Shown: positions 44,306-56,183, counted from the first letter of the whole stretch. The stretch: DNA of 60,186 nt, filler included, from 8 parts of 8 records of this genome joined end to end with filler, not necessarily neighbours in it; one strand, 5' to 3'. Made by a program: numbers and translations. The notes: generated from the letters alone by a model not told the origin.

Positions 44306-45770
44306 ATGAACTCACAAAAAGGTTTAAACAGGCGAAAATTTATCTCCCAAACTGCTGCTACTGGTGTAGGTTTAACAATTGTTCCATCTTTTGTTTTGGG
44401 TGGAACAGGCAAGGTCTCACCAAGCGATAAAATTAATGTTGCCTTGATTGGTTCAGGAACCCAGGCATTAAAACAACTCCCGGGTTGGATGGAACACGAC
44501 AAACTTCAATTTACATCGGTTTGCGACCCCAACAGAGAGAGTTACGATTACCCACTTTGGGGACGCTCGAAAGGAGAAAAACAAGGAGTCTATGAGGACG
44601 CGTAATTGGTAAAAACCGAATTAACGAATTTTATGCCGAAAAAACCGGTAACAGTTCGTACGACGGAGTTACAACTTATGCCGACTTTAGAGAACAATTA
44701 GATATTGAAAAAGATTTGGATGCCGTATTTGTAATGACTCCGGATCATTTACATGGGGCAATAGGAATTGAAGCCATGAAAAAGAATATCATGGTTGGGA
44801 CACATAAACCAATTGCAAATTTCATGAATGAAATTCGTGCAATTAGCAATGTGGCAAAAGATACAGATGTTGCAACTCAATGTTTTGCTTTTCAGGATCC
44901 GGCAGAGTTATACCAAATTAAAGCCTGGGTTGATAGTGGAATTATTGGCGAAGTAAAAGAGTTACACCGTTGGACTAACCGCCCCATGTGGCCACAAGGC
45001 TCACCATATTTACCTGAAGAGGCCCCAATACCGAAAGGTTTTGACTGGCAGCTTTGGTTAGGCCCTTCAACCGACAGACCCTATTCGCCCGAATACACAC
45101 ATACCGTATTTCGTGCCTGGTACGAATTTGGGGCTGGTTGCCTTGCCGATATGGGATATTACGGTTTTTGGAAAGACTGGCGAATTCTAAATCTTGGAAT
45201 GGCAACAAATGCTGAAGCCTCTTCAAGTTTTACGTGCGAAATTAAAGATTTTAGAAGTACCTGGGTAACAAACAATATTCGCTACCCACATGCCGCAACA
45301 TTGTTTATGGAAGTTCCGGTAAAAGGCACTAATGACATTATGGATGTTTATTGGTATGAAGGAGGGATTCGACCACGTACACCAAAATCATTATATAAGC
45401 TCAATAAACCAATGCCCAAAGAGGGAGTAATGTTTATTGGAGAAAAAGGTACAATACTTGCCGATTATGGGTACAGAAATGCCATGTTGCTAGATGTAAA
45501 AAATAGTGATAAAGAAATGGCAAACATCGAAATTCCACAACCGAAGTTAATTAGCCAAACCGATGAAATGATAAATGCTTTTCAGGGGGGGAACCTTCAA
45601 GAGGCAGTATTGTAAATGCTCAAGAAGTAGCCGAAACCATTGGTTTAGGTAATCTGGCTATTCGCATGAGAGACCGCCTGGATTGGGATAATAAAAACTT
45701 GCGTGTTACAAACATGGAAAAGGCAAATAAATATGTTTCGCGTGAGTACAGAAAAGGATGGGAAATTTGA
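44306..45770 (+). CDS. Tat-exported Gfo/Idh/MocA oxidoreductase (frameshifts near 44600 and 45590)
   Basis: RRKFI Tat motif, IGSG, TPDHLH, HKP and DWQLWLGP. Confidence 0.88.
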
Positions 45771-45796
45771 ATCTAACAGACGTAAAAATAAATAGC

Positions 45797-46549
45797 ATGA
45801 AAAATCTAAAATCAATACTGGTAACAGCAATCAGCCTGTTCGTTTTTGTCACTGCTGGTTTTTCTCAAAAATGTGTCTATCAAGAAAAAGGATACACAAA
45901 GTTATTTAATGGCAAGAACCTGAATGGATGGATAATTCCGGATGGAGACAACGGGCACTGGTCAGTAATTGACGGTGTAATAGACTACGATGCACGGTCG
46001 GAAGCAGAAGGCAACAAAAGCCTTATGTCGGAAAAAGAATACAAAGATTTTGAATTGCATGTGGAATGGCGTTTTAAAGGTTATGGCGACCACCTGTTTA
46101 AATTACCAACCATTCTTCCAAGCGGTGATTATTTACGAGATGAAAATGGAAAAAATATAGCACCACTGGGACCAAATTCTGATTCAGGAATTCTGTTGAA
46201 AGGTGTTGGTCAAACTAATCTTTGGTGTTGGTCGGTAGGATCTGGTGAGCTTTGGTCAGTTCGAAATAATAAAAACTTAAGCGACGAACAACGTGCTGCA
46301 GCAGTTCCAAGTTCTAATCAGGATCAACCTGTTGGTTTTTGGAATGCCTTCGATATAACCGTTAAAGGCGAATACATTACCATAAAAAACAACGGTGTTA
46401 TTGTAATTCACAACGCATACTATCCTGGATTAAATGTTACTGGTCCAATCGGTTTTCAACATCATGGAGGAATTGATGCGAAAACCGGTAAACTGAAAGG
46501 TGCCTCTAGTTTGGTACAATTTCGAAATGTATGGATTAAAGAACTTTAA
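45797..46549 (+). CDS. DUF1080 (3-keto-glycoside hydratase-like) protein
   Basis: LFNGKNLNGW, DFELHVEW and GPIGFQHHG...FRNVWIKEL. Confidence 0.9.
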   Translation: MKNLKSILVTAISLFVFVTAGFSQKCVYQEKGYTKLFNGKNLNGWIIPDGDNGHWSVIDGVIDYDARSEAEGNKSLMSEKEYKDFELHVEWRFKGYGDHLFKLPTILPSGDYLRDENGKNIAPLGPNSDSGILLKGVGQTNLWCWSVGSGELWSVRNNKNLSDEQRAAAVPSSNQDQPVGFWNAFDITVKGEYITIKNNGVIVIHNAYYPGLNVTGPIGFQHHGGIDAKTGKLKGASSLVQFRNVWIKEL

Positions 46550-46559
46550 AGCTGATAAA

Positions 46560-47537
46560 ATGAAAACACGTCGCGATTTTTTAAAGAAAAGTTCTTTGGC
46601 TGCAGTTGCAACAGTAGCTGCACCAAGTGTTTTAAAAGCCTCCGAATTAAGCCCGTCTGAATCGGAATCTTTTAATAAAAAACACAAGCTTTCCATTTTG
46701 TCGTACACCTTTAACAAACAGGTGGGCAGGGGCACTCAGGATATTTTCGGATATTTTGAAACATGTAAATACCGCTATAATCTGGATGCTGCCGATTTGT
46801 GGGGCGGGCATCTTATGGATTTTAGGGAACGCTACGACAAAGGCACATTTATTCCATTTGAAGATAAATGGATTGCTAATGTAAAACAAGCTTTGGATGA
46901 ACGTGAGCTTTTTATTCCCAACATAGCAGCTGACGGATGCCATGTTATTACTTTCGATACAGAAAGAACAGAATTGCAATATCAGAACGCCAAGGAACAT
47001 TTGAGATTGGCAAAAATGTTAGGCGTTGGATTTGTACGTTTTGATACCGGACCGGCTTGGAAGCTGCCAGATGGTAGAACAGACTGGACAAATGAAGAAT
47101 TCGATTTTATTGTAAAACGTTACAAAGAATATGCGCAGTATGCCTATGATAATGGTTTCAAAGTGGGAGCCGAGAACCACATGGGACCATCGGGAGTTTG
47201 GAAAAATCTAAAGAAACTTTACGATGCTGTTGACCATCCCGGATTTGGAGTTTGTATTCATTTGGGTAGTTATAAAAATGCTACACCGGAAGAGATTGAG
47301 CAGATTGATAAGGAAAGTGCAAAAATTGCTGTACACACCCATGTTCCAATGAATATTATTAATGGTCCGCTCGAAGAGAAATTGAACAATCTTAGAAAGG
47401 CCAATTATCAGGGATATTACAGTGTTGAAGTACCTCCGAAAGGAGAAGGTGAAAATGCTTACGAAAATGTTGCTTATGCACTGGCCAAGGTTCGTGCGGT
47501 ATTTAAAAAGTGGAACAAGGAAAAGGCAACAAATTAA
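46560..47537 (+). CDS. Tat-exported sugar phosphate isomerase/epimerase (AP_endonuc_2 TIM barrel)
   Basis: RRDFLK, AENH and YQGYYSVE. Confidence 0.85.
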   Translation: MKTRRDFLKKSSLAAVATVAAPSVLKASELSPSESESFNKKHKLSILSYTFNKQVGRGTQDIFGYFETCKYRYNLDAADLWGGHLMDFRERYDKGTFIPFEDKWIANVKQALDERELFIPNIAADGCHVITFDTERTELQYQNAKEHLRLAKMLGVGFVRFDTGPAWKLPDGRTDWTNEEFDFIVKRYKEYAQYAYDNGFKVGAENHMGPSGVWKNLKKLYDAVDHPGFGVCIHLGSYKNATPEEIEQIDKESAKIAVHTHVPMNIINGPLEEKLNNLRKANYQGYYSVEVPPKGEGENAYENVAYALAKVRAVFKKWNKEKATN

Positions 47538-47555
47538 TTGTTTAAAAATTACAAG

Positions 47556-48371
47556 ATGAACCGAAAATTTATACGCAGATATGTAGTGCAGTTGCTTGGC
47601 ATTTTGGTGTTGGTATTGGCCGTCTCATGTTCTGGCAACAAACAAAAATCCACTCAGAATCAGGTGTCACCGGCAGAATTGGTTTCTGATTCGAAATCTG
47701 AATGGATTTCGTTATTCGACGGCAAAACACTTGATGGCTGGAAACGCTATAACGCCGACGAAATCGGTCCTCTTTGGAGCGTTGAAGAAGGCACCATCAA
47801 ATGCGATGGTATTGGGCACGGAGAAGGTAGTGGCGAGCACGGAGGTTCTTTAATTACACTCGAAACATTCGAAAATTTTGAACTGGAGCTTGAATGGAAA
47901 ATTTCGGAAGGTGGAAATAGTGGTATCATGTATCATGTGGTTGAAAAGCCCGAATACAGCCATGCTTATGTTACCGGCCCCGAATACCATATGAGAGACG
48001 ACGGGAAGAATCCTGGCGAATTTCCGGACAGAACAGCAGCAGCACATTATGGTATGTATGCAGCCTCGGAAGCAAAAAAACTGAATCCGGTTATGGAATG
48101 GAATACTTCAAAAATTATCTACAACAACGGACATGTAGAGAATTGGCTTAACGGAGTAAAAGTTGTTGAATTTGATGAAGGTAGTGAAGAATATAAACAA
48201 CGCTATGAAAAAAGTAAATGGGCTTCAGGAAAATATCCGGCATGGAATTCTTACAAAGAAGGTTCCATTGCATTGCAAGACCATGGTGCTAAAGTTTGGT
48301 ATAGAAACATCAGGCTAAAAAATTATAAATTAATAATCAATGCACACATTATTTCAATTCATATTTCGTAG
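47556..48371 (+). CDS. DUF1080 lipoprotein
   Basis: Lipobox AVSC, LFDGKTLDGW, GGNSG and LQDHG..VWYRNI. Confidence 0.9.
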   Translation: MNRKFIRRYVVQLLGILVLVLAVSCSGNKQKSTQNQVSPAELVSDSKSEWISLFDGKTLDGWKRYNADEIGPLWSVEEGTIKCDGIGHGEGSGEHGGSLITLETFENFELELEWKISEGGNSGIMYHVVEKPEYSHAYVTGPEYHMRDDGKNPGEFPDRTAAAHYGMYAASEAKKLNPVMEWNTSKIIYNNGHVENWLNGVKVVEFDEGSEEYKQRYEKSKWASGKYPAWNSYKEGSIALQDHGAKVWYRNIRLKNYKLIINAHIISIHIS

Positions 48372-49797
48372 AGTGGGTGTTACAATAGTTTTTACTTTGT
48401 TTGTTTTAACCCTTCTGGCACAAAATAACAAGCGCCCAAATATCTTATTTATTGCAGTTGACGACCTTCGACCTGAATTAGGGTGTTACGGGGAATCGCA
48501 TATTCATTCGCCCAACATTGATGCTTTGGCAACTTCAGGAATTGTATTTAACCGTGCTTATTGTAATGTGCCGGTTTGTGGTGCTTCGAGGGCAAGTTTA
48601 TTATCGGGAATACGACCAAACAGAACACGTTTTCTGGAGTATTATGCGTCTCAGGATGAAGATGTTCCGGGAGTTATTGGTTTGCCAATGCATTTCAAAA
48701 ATAATGGTTACCATACTATATCATTGGGGAAAATTTATCATCACAAAGACGATGCAAAAGGAAGTTGGTCGGAAGAGCCGTGGTATGCTTCCGGTGATTG
48801 GAAGGGATGGCAATCGTATGTAAGTCCTGAATCTCATAGTAAGATTATTCCGCATCCTAATAATAAGGAGCTGATATTGGGGCCATCTTACGAATCAGTT
48901 GAAGGACCAGACCATTTATATCCCGATGGGCAAATAGCTAGCAAAGCAATATTAGAGCTAAACAAGTTAAACAAGCAGGATAAACCATTCTTTTTGGCAG
49001 TGGGATTTATTAAACCCCATTTACCATTTAATGCACCAAAAAAATACTGGGACTTATATGATTATGATAAAATTCAGCTCCCATCAAATATGCAAAAACC
49101 TGTTGATGCTCCCGAGGCTTGTATGCATAATTTCGGAGAACTGAGGGGGTATACCGATGTTCCTGCCAAAGAACCGATTGAAAAAGAATTTATGCGGAAA
49201 CTAATACATGGTTATTATGCCTGTGTAAGTTATACCGATGCACAAATAGGAAAGGTTGTTAACGAACTGGAAAAATTGGGGCTTGCTGAAAATACAATTG
49301 TTGTTTTGTGGGGTGACCATGGCTGGCATTTGGGCGAACACAATTTATGGTGCAAACATTGCAACTTTGAAAAGGTGCTTCATGCCCCTTTAATTGTTAA
49401 AGCACCTGGAAAAAGAACAAACGTTAAACTCGACCAATTGGTTGAATACGTTGATATCTATCCCACACTTTGTGAGTTGACAGAAACGAAGAAACCATTT
49501 CATTTACAAGGTAAAAGTTTTTCTCCCATAATGGAAAATCCAAATATGGAGTGGAAAGAGGAAGTGTATTGCAGGTGGTTAAAAGGTGAAACAATTATCA
49601 CAAAGAATAATACCTATACTGAATGGACTGAAGATAATTCAGAAACTCCATATGCCAGAATGTTATTCGATTTAGATTCCGACCCGGAGGAGACAATTAA
49701 TCTATCAGAAAAAGAAGAAAATAAAGAGTTGATAGAACAACTTCAAAATAAACTGAAAGAACACATTAAAGAACGTGACTTAATAATTATTCCATAA
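48340..49797 (+). CDS. Sulfatase (iduronate-2-sulfatase-like S1)
   Basis: PNILFIAVDDLRP, CGASR and GDHGW. Confidence 0.93.
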   Translation: MHTLFQFIFRRVGVTIVFTLFVLTLLAQNNKRPNILFIAVDDLRPELGCYGESHIHSPNIDALATSGIVFNRAYCNVPVCGASRASLLSGIRPNRTRFLEYYASQDEDVPGVIGLPMHFKNNGYHTISLGKIYHHKDDAKGSWSEEPWYASGDWKGWQSYVSPESHSKIIPHPNNKELILGPSYESVEGPDHLYPDGQIASKAILELNKLNKQDKPFFLAVGFIKPHLPFNAPKKYWDLYDYDKIQLPSNMQKPVDAPEACMHNFGELRGYTDVPAKEPIEKEFMRKLIHGYYACVSYTDAQIGKVVNELEKLGLAENTIVVLWGDHGWHLGEHNLWCKHCNFEKVLHAPLIVKAPGKRTNVKLDQLVEYVDIYPTLCELTETKKPFHLQGKSFSPIMENPNMEWKEEVYCRWLKGETIITKNNTYTEWTEDNSETPYARMLFDLDSDPEETINLSEKEENKELIEQLQNKLKEHIKERDLIIIP

Positions 49798-49802
49798 AGC
49801 AA

Positions 49803-51244
49803 ATGATACAAAAAAAAATATTATCAATTTCTCTAATAGTTATTTCTGTATTTATGGGTTTTTGTAGTGAAAAGCAAAGCCCTTCTGAAGAATTGCAGGA
49901 AGTAGTTCGCGCCCCAACATCGTTTTAATTTATGCCGACGATATGGGCTATGGCGATGCTGGTTTTCTGGGGGCGACCGATATTAAAACGCCGGCTATTG
50001 ACGCTTTGGCACATGAAGGGGTCTATTTTACGCAGGGCTATGTTTCTGCTTCGGTTTGTGGTCCTTCAAGGGCTGGATTAATGACCGGGGTTTACCAGCA
50101 GCGTTTTGGCTGTGGTGAAAATGGTCCTGGCGAAAGATGGTACACCGGTGTAACTCAAAATGTAGGTGTTCCCAAAAATCAACCACTACTTTCTGAAATG
50201 TTGAAACCATTTGGTTACAAATCGAAGATGATTGGTAAATGGCACCTCGGATTGGATGAACATTTAAGACCTATACAACGTGGTTTTGATGAATTTTATG
50301 GGTTCATAAACGGTTCGCACGACTACTACAAAGCCGATACCGTTTTTACAAAGAAAAGGGGTACCTGGCCGATATTCAGGAATAATGAAATCACAAAATT
50401 CGAAGGTTATACAACCGATGTATTTAGCTCTGAAGCTGTAAGTTTTATTAATGAAAATGCAGAAAAAGAAGAGCCTTTTTTCGTTTACCTGGCATACAAT
50501 GCCGTTCACCATCCCTGGCAAGTGCCTGAAAAATATGTCAATCGATTAGCTCATATTCAGAACGAAGACAGACGGTTTTTTGGAGGCATGTTACTTGCAA
50601 TGGACGACGGAATTGGGCAAGTTGTACAGGCACTAAAAAACAAAGGTGTTTACAACAATACAATCATATTTTTTATAAGCGACAATGGTTCACCAGCCGG
50701 ACAAAAAGGTCCAAGCGGAGAAGGACAGATGTCGAGCACCGGAGGTTTCCGTGGATGGAAAGGCGATACTTTTGAAGGAGGAATTCGTGTGCCATATTTG
50801 GTACGCTGGCCGGGAGTTTTACCCACAGGAAAAGTTTACGATAAACCCGTTAGCAGTTTAGATGTGGTTCCAACAATTTTATCGTATTTAGGTGTAAATT
50901 CTAATGGTGCCAAACTCGATTTCGACGGGGTAAATATTGCTCCGTTTATAAAGGGTGAAAAAGGCGATGAAGAGCCGCATGAAGTAATGTTCTTCAGAAG
51001 GGATGACGATTATGCTATCCGAAAAGGAGACTGGAAATTGTTGTGGAACGACCGCGATTTGCAATATCCCGATGATGCTAAAAAAGTGTTGCTGTTTAAT
51101 ATGGCTACCGACCCACAAGAAAGCAAAAATCTGGTTGAAAAATTCCCGGATAAAGCAATAGAAATGCAGGATGAGTTTGATGCATGGGATAGCAAATTAC
51201 CGGATAGCCCGTGGTGGGGAGGTCCTGTAAACCGCAAAAAATAG
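49803..51244 (+). CDS. Sulfatase S1 (N-terminal frameshift)
   Basis: RPNIVLIYADDMG, CGPSR and GKWHLG. Confidence 0.92.
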
Positions 51245-51267
51245 AATTTAAACAGAATATTATCAAA

Positions 51268-52690
51268 ATGAAAAGACACAAAACATACTTGGGAAGGCTA
51301 ATTATTGCAGTAATTGCGTGCGTTTTTTTGAATCTGCAATTGGTGGCACAAGAAGTTGTGTTTTTTACCGAAGGAACAAACAATAATTTCTACGACCAGG
51401 GGATTGTTAACGTTAATGATTTAGGCGAAAGTACATTTGAACATACATATCCGCCGGGAGGTTCAGAAGATAAATGGAACGATAAAGTACCTTGTTCAAC
51501 AACTGCATTCAAGGGGGCGACTTCATTAAAATTTAACTACAAATCATCTGAAAACGGAAACTGGAAAGTTCGTATTCACCGAAGCGATTGGAGTGTAGAA
51601 TACCTTTCAGACCTCGATTCTATCTCATTTTATATTTATTGTGAAACGGAATTACCAAACACTGCACTGCCGTTTATTGCTATAATGACCGAAAATGGGA
51701 CATCCGATTTGGATACACTTGCCAACTATAATTCAACTGTTCCGGCTTCAACATGGACGCAAATAACATACCCGATTTCCGGTTTTAAAGGCAGTTTTGA
51801 TTTAACACAGGTAAAAGCCATAATTTTTAATCAATCGGAAAACGATAACAGTTCGCGCATTGTGCTAATCGACGAAATTACCGCGTTTAAAAGCATCGAC
51901 GAAGTTCCTGCGGTTACTGAGTTTACAGCTACAGGCTACGACAGTCACGCCGAACTAAACTGGAAAGAGTCAATGGCTGATTTGAGCTATAAAATCTATG
52001 CTTCGTTTGATGGCGGCACTACTTTCGAATTGCGCACCGAAACCACCGAAACTTCTTATATGGATTTTGTTCCGGCTGAAGGGAGAAACAAAACGGTTAT
52101 CTATCGTATTGTTGCAACAATTCAGGGAAAAGATTCTGAATCCCTTGAAAAGTCAGCTGAAATCCGCGATTTTTCGGATGAAGAATTGATGGACATGGTT
52201 CAAGAATATTCCTTCCGTTATTTTTGGGAAGGGGCACACCAGGCTTCAGGAACTTCAGTGGAACGTTCAAACGGAAGTGGAAAAACAACTGCTTCGGGTG
52301 CTGTAGGATTTCAATTAATGGCAATGATTGTGGCCTACGAGCGCGAATACTGTCCACGCGAAGATGTAAAAGACCGCATTTTAATGATTCTCGATTTCCT
52401 TGAAACATGCGACCGGCATCATGGCGCATGGTCGCACTGGTACAATTCAGACACTAAAAAATCAAAAAACTTTTCACCTTTAGATGACGGCGGCGATATT
52501 GTTGAAACGTCTTTTGTTGCACAGGGATTAATTGCACTAAAACATTACTTCTCGGGAAGCGATACAAAATCAACTCAAATCCGCGAAAAATCCGAACAGC
52601 TTTGGAAAGAAATTGAATGGGACTGGTACACCACACACTGGGGAAATACTTTGTCGTGGCACTGGTCACCAAATTATGGTTTCGAAAAAA
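51268..52690 (+). CDS. GH144-like (beta-1,2-glucanase/glucoamylase family) protein with N-terminal CBM/FN3 domains, partial
   Basis: FRYFWEGAH, HGAWSHW, DDGGDIVETS and WHWSPN. Confidence 0.8.
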
Positions 52691-52790
52691 NNNNNNNNNN
52701 NNNNNNNNNNNNNNNNNNNNNNNNNNNNNNNNNNTTAATTAATTAANNNNNNNNNNNNNNNNNNNNNNNNNNNNNNNNNNNNNNNNNNNN

Positions 52791-54332
52791 GCTCCTCCCG
52801 GATACTGGATAGAATCGATAGTCGCTTATGTAGTATCGCTTGCGATCTTGTACATTCCATATGAAATCATCACGACTCTAAATCAGGCTGGTGATCCATC
52901 GCTGCAATATAGCTGGTTAGCTATAATTGGTGTTGTAATCTGCATTGCCGTAACCTATTTTATTTCACGCTTCAAAATCATTGTCGGCAAAGAAACAGAT
53001 TCGCCCGGCCTTAGAGCAGATGGTTATCATTCTCGTGCCGACATGTTCACCTCTTTTGCCGTGCTTTTGTCCATTTTAGGACAACATATCGGCATTAAAC
53101 TCGATCCATTAGTTGCTGTTATAATTGCAGTTTTGATCGGCATAACGGGCCTGGAATTATTCTTTACTTCATTGATCAGCTTTGTTAACAAAAGCAAGAT
53201 CAAAGAACTGAAAATCTGGACATGGATATTTACAAAACTGGACAGCTTTATTGGATTTATTTCCGAAAAAGTTATCGGCAAACGCTTTTCCGTTCCTTCG
53301 TTGAAAGTCAACTGGCAAAAAGTTGCTGATTATGTTTTACGTCCGAAATTCATAGTTTCGACTGTTCTTGTTTTGCTGGCTGTTTATCTTTCTTATGGTT
53401 TTACTGTAATCAACCCAAATGAAACGGGTGTCAAACTTCGTTTTGGAAAAGCTGTTGACGACAACATGAAACCGGGATTGCATTATGTTTTTCCCTGGCC
53501 TGTTGAATCCTTAATGAGAGTAGAGGCCAATCGGGTTTATCGTGTGGAGGTAGGTTTCAGAACCGATGAAAACATGGAAGGTGGACTAACTTCGCTACTA
53601 TGGGAAACTCGTCATGCTATTCAAGGTTACACAAAACTGAAAGGCGAATCTGTAGCTTTGACCGGTGACGAAAACCTGATCGACATAAGTCTGATAGTCC
53701 ACTATCGTCCTACCAATCCAACCACTCACTTGCTAAAAGTAAGAACTATTACCGAAACGATACGAGGGCTTGCCGAGTCGAATTTAAGATACATTCTCGC
53801 AACAAATCATTCGGAAGAAATAGTTTCCGGAAAAAGAATAAACATCCTGAATGCTATTCGTGACAAGTTGATCGAAGACTCAAAAACACTTGATTTGGGA
53901 GTAGAGATTCTTTCGGTATTTTGCCATGACATTCATCCTCCACTTGATGTAATCAGATCATTCAGAGATGTTTTTTCGGCACGAGAGGATAAAGCCAGAT
54001 TGTCAAGCGAGGCGGAATCGCATCGTAATGAAGCTCTACCGAAAGCCAGAGCAGAAAGCGTAAAAAGGCAACTGGAAGCTGAAGCTTTCAGCTTTGAGAA
54101 GCTTGCAACAGCAGAAGGTGACGCTTTGAAGTTTAAACTTACATCCAGTGCCTACAGAAAATCACCGGATGTAACAGGATACAGACTGTTTGTAGAAACT
54201 GTTGAAAAAGGACTTAAGGGCAAAAAGAAAATCATTGCCGACCCAGAAGCCAATCGTGGTGGTTATCGAATGTGGATGTTTTCACCAAATAAAACACCTT
54301 TCGATTCCGGATCAAGCCCTAAAGGGAGATAG
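52791..54332 (+). CDS. Cation diffusion facilitator TM domain fused to HflK-like SPFH domain (5'-partial)
   Basis: ADGYHSRADMFTS...LDPLVA (CDF TM5/6) in frame with GVKLRFGK...PGLHY..PWP and LTGDENL. Confidence 0.8.
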   Translation, partial: APPGYWIESIVAYVVSLAILYIPYEIITTLNQAGDPSLQYSWLAIIGVVICIAVTYFISRFKIIVGKETDSPGLRADGYHSRADMFTSFAVLLSILGQHIGIKLDPLVAVIIAVLIGITGLELFFTSLISFVNKSKIKELKIWTWIFTKLDSFIGFISEKVIGKRFSVPSLKVNWQKVADYVLRPKFIVSTVLVLLAVYLSYGFTVINPNETGVKLRFGKAVDDNMKPGLHYVFPWPVESLMRVEANRVYRVEVGFRTDENMEGGLTSLLWETRHAIQGYTKLKGESVALTGDENLIDISLIVHYRPTNPTTHLLKVRTITETIRGLAESNLRYILATNHSEEIVSGKRINILNAIRDKLIEDSKTLDLGVEILSVFCHDIHPPLDVIRSFRDVFSAREDKARLSSEAESHRNEALPKARAESVKRQLEAEAFSFEKLATAEGDALKFKLTSSAYRKSPDVTGYRLFVETVEKGLKGKKKIIADPEANRGGYRMWMFSPNKTPFDSGSSPKGR

Positions 54333-54335
54333 AAG

Positions 54336-55220
54336 ATGAAGAAATTTTTGATTATATTGGGAGCTTTGGTGATAGCCGGCTACCTTGTTTACACTTCATT
54401 TGTACAAGTGCTGGAAACCGAACTCGTAGTTGTAACACAATTCGGAAACCCTGTTCAGGTTGTCACCGAAGCCGGTTTGGTCGCCAAATGGCCTGATCCG
54501 ATCCAGACTGCCATCAGGCTTGATAAAAGGTTGCAGGCACTTGATTCCAACTTGGGCGAATACCTGACTCTCGACAAAAAAAATCTTGTCGTAAGCTGTT
54601 TCATTTTGTGGAAAATAGCCGATGCCAATCAGTTTATCAGAACGGTTAAAGATACCCGATCGGCCGCCAGAAGGTTGTCCGACTTGATAGGTTCCGAGCT
54701 TGGTGTGGCAATTGGTTCTCATCCGCTTTCCTCTTTTCTTACGATAGATAAAGAAGGAACAAAGATTCCGGAAGTTTTAACGGGAGTTACTGACGTATCT
54801 AAAAAGCTTGCTAAAGAAGAATTCGGTATCGAGCTTGTCGATGTTCGCATGAGAAGGCTCGGCTTCCCGACACAGAATTTACGCTCTGTGTATAACAGGA
54901 TGCGTGCCGAGCGTGAAAGAATGGCCAAAAAATATCGTGCTGAAGGACAGGAAGAGGCACAAAAAATACGTTCAAAAACAGATAAAGATGTACGCGAGAT
55001 CCTCGCCAAAGCATACAGGGAAGCTCAAGTTGCCAAAGGTAAGGGCGAAGCGGAAGCAACAAGAATCTACGCCGAAGCTTTCAATAAAGATCCGAAGTTT
55101 TACAAGATGACAAGAACCCTTGAAGCTTATGGAAAATTTCTGGATGATAAAACGACTCTGATTTTATCTGCGGAATCGCCGCTTTTCAAGTATCTTGAAT
55201 CGCCGCCAGAGGCCAGATAG
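54336..55220 (+). CDS. hflC: Protease modulator HflC
   Basis: LTLDKKNLVV, RMRAERER and RTLEAY. Confidence 0.92.
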   Translation: MKKFLIILGALVIAGYLVYTSFVQVLETELVVVTQFGNPVQVVTEAGLVAKWPDPIQTAIRLDKRLQALDSNLGEYLTLDKKNLVVSCFILWKIADANQFIRTVKDTRSAARRLSDLIGSELGVAIGSHPLSSFLTIDKEGTKIPEVLTGVTDVSKKLAKEEFGIELVDVRMRRLGFPTQNLRSVYNRMRAERERMAKKYRAEGQEEAQKIRSKTDKDVREILAKAYREAQVAKGKGEAEATRIYAEAFNKDPKFYKMTRTLEAYGKFLDDKTTLILSAESPLFKYLESPPEAR

Positions 55221-55237
55221 GCTAGAATCGAAGTCAC

Positions 55238-56170
55238 ATGAACGCACAAACGGAAATAAAAAAGACTTTTAAAGGAGCGAAAACTGTTGCTATCGCCCTG
55301 CTGCTGCTTTTATTGGCAACATATTTTTTAAGCGGGTTTTATTCGGTTAAACCTGAGCAACGCGGTGTTTTGATTCGCTTTGGAAAAGTGATTGACGACA
55401 ACGTAATGCCCGGAATTCACTACCGTTTCCCGTGGCCAATCGAATCAGTTGAACGACCTAGAACCACAGAAGTACGTTCCTTGTCCGTAAGATTTCTGGA
55501 TACTCAGAATGTGGAATCCAAAGATACAACCGGCGTACTTTTAACAGGCGATGAAAACCTCGCCCTAATGACTCTCACTTTTCAGTACACAATAGTTTCA
55601 CCCAAAGATTTTTTGTTTACTTCAACTGATTCCGAGAAACTGTTATACCGTCTTATAGAAGAAGACTGCATCAATCATCTGGCGGAAATAAGCATCGATG
55701 AAGCCTTTACTACAGGTCGTCAGAAATTGCAGGTAATTTTAAAACGTGATCTACAAAAGCGAATAGATGAACTGAAACTTGGAATGCGTATTACTTCGGT
55801 GCAGATACAATCCATCGAACCACCACCATCGGTTGCTCGTGCCTTCAAGGATGTTGCTTCGGCCAGAGAAGATAAACAAAAAGCTGTAAAAGAAGCCGAA
55901 GGTGAAAGAAACCGCAGGTTACCGGAAGCCAGAGCACAGGCAGATCAGGTCATAAGCAAGGCAGAAGGTTATGCCAATGAATTGACAGAAATGGCGCATG
56001 GTGAAGCCAACCGATTTATTGCAACATGGAAAGAATATAAAAAGGCTAAATCAGTTACGGCACACCGTCTATATATGGATAATGTCGAAAAAGTGCTTGG
56101 CAAAGTCAAAAAGCTTATCACAAACCCGAAGGCCGAGAAAAAAGTCGATAAAAACATGCGGTTCAGATAA
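55238..56170 (+). CDS. hflK: Protease modulator HflK
   Basis: GVLIRFGK, LTGDEN and PPSVARAFKDV. Confidence 0.9.
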   Translation: MNAQTEIKKTFKGAKTVAIALLLLLLATYFLSGFYSVKPEQRGVLIRFGKVIDDNVMPGIHYRFPWPIESVERPRTTEVRSLSVRFLDTQNVESKDTTGVLLTGDENLALMTLTFQYTIVSPKDFLFTSTDSEKLLYRLIEEDCINHLAEISIDEAFTTGRQKLQVILKRDLQKRIDELKLGMRITSVQIQSIEPPPSVARAFKDVASAREDKQKAVKEAEGERNRRLPEARAQADQVISKAEGYANELTEMAHGEANRFIATWKEYKKAKSVTAHRLYMDNVEKVLGKVKKLITNPKAEKKVDKNMRFR

Positions 56171-56183
56171 CAAAAGGCAATAG

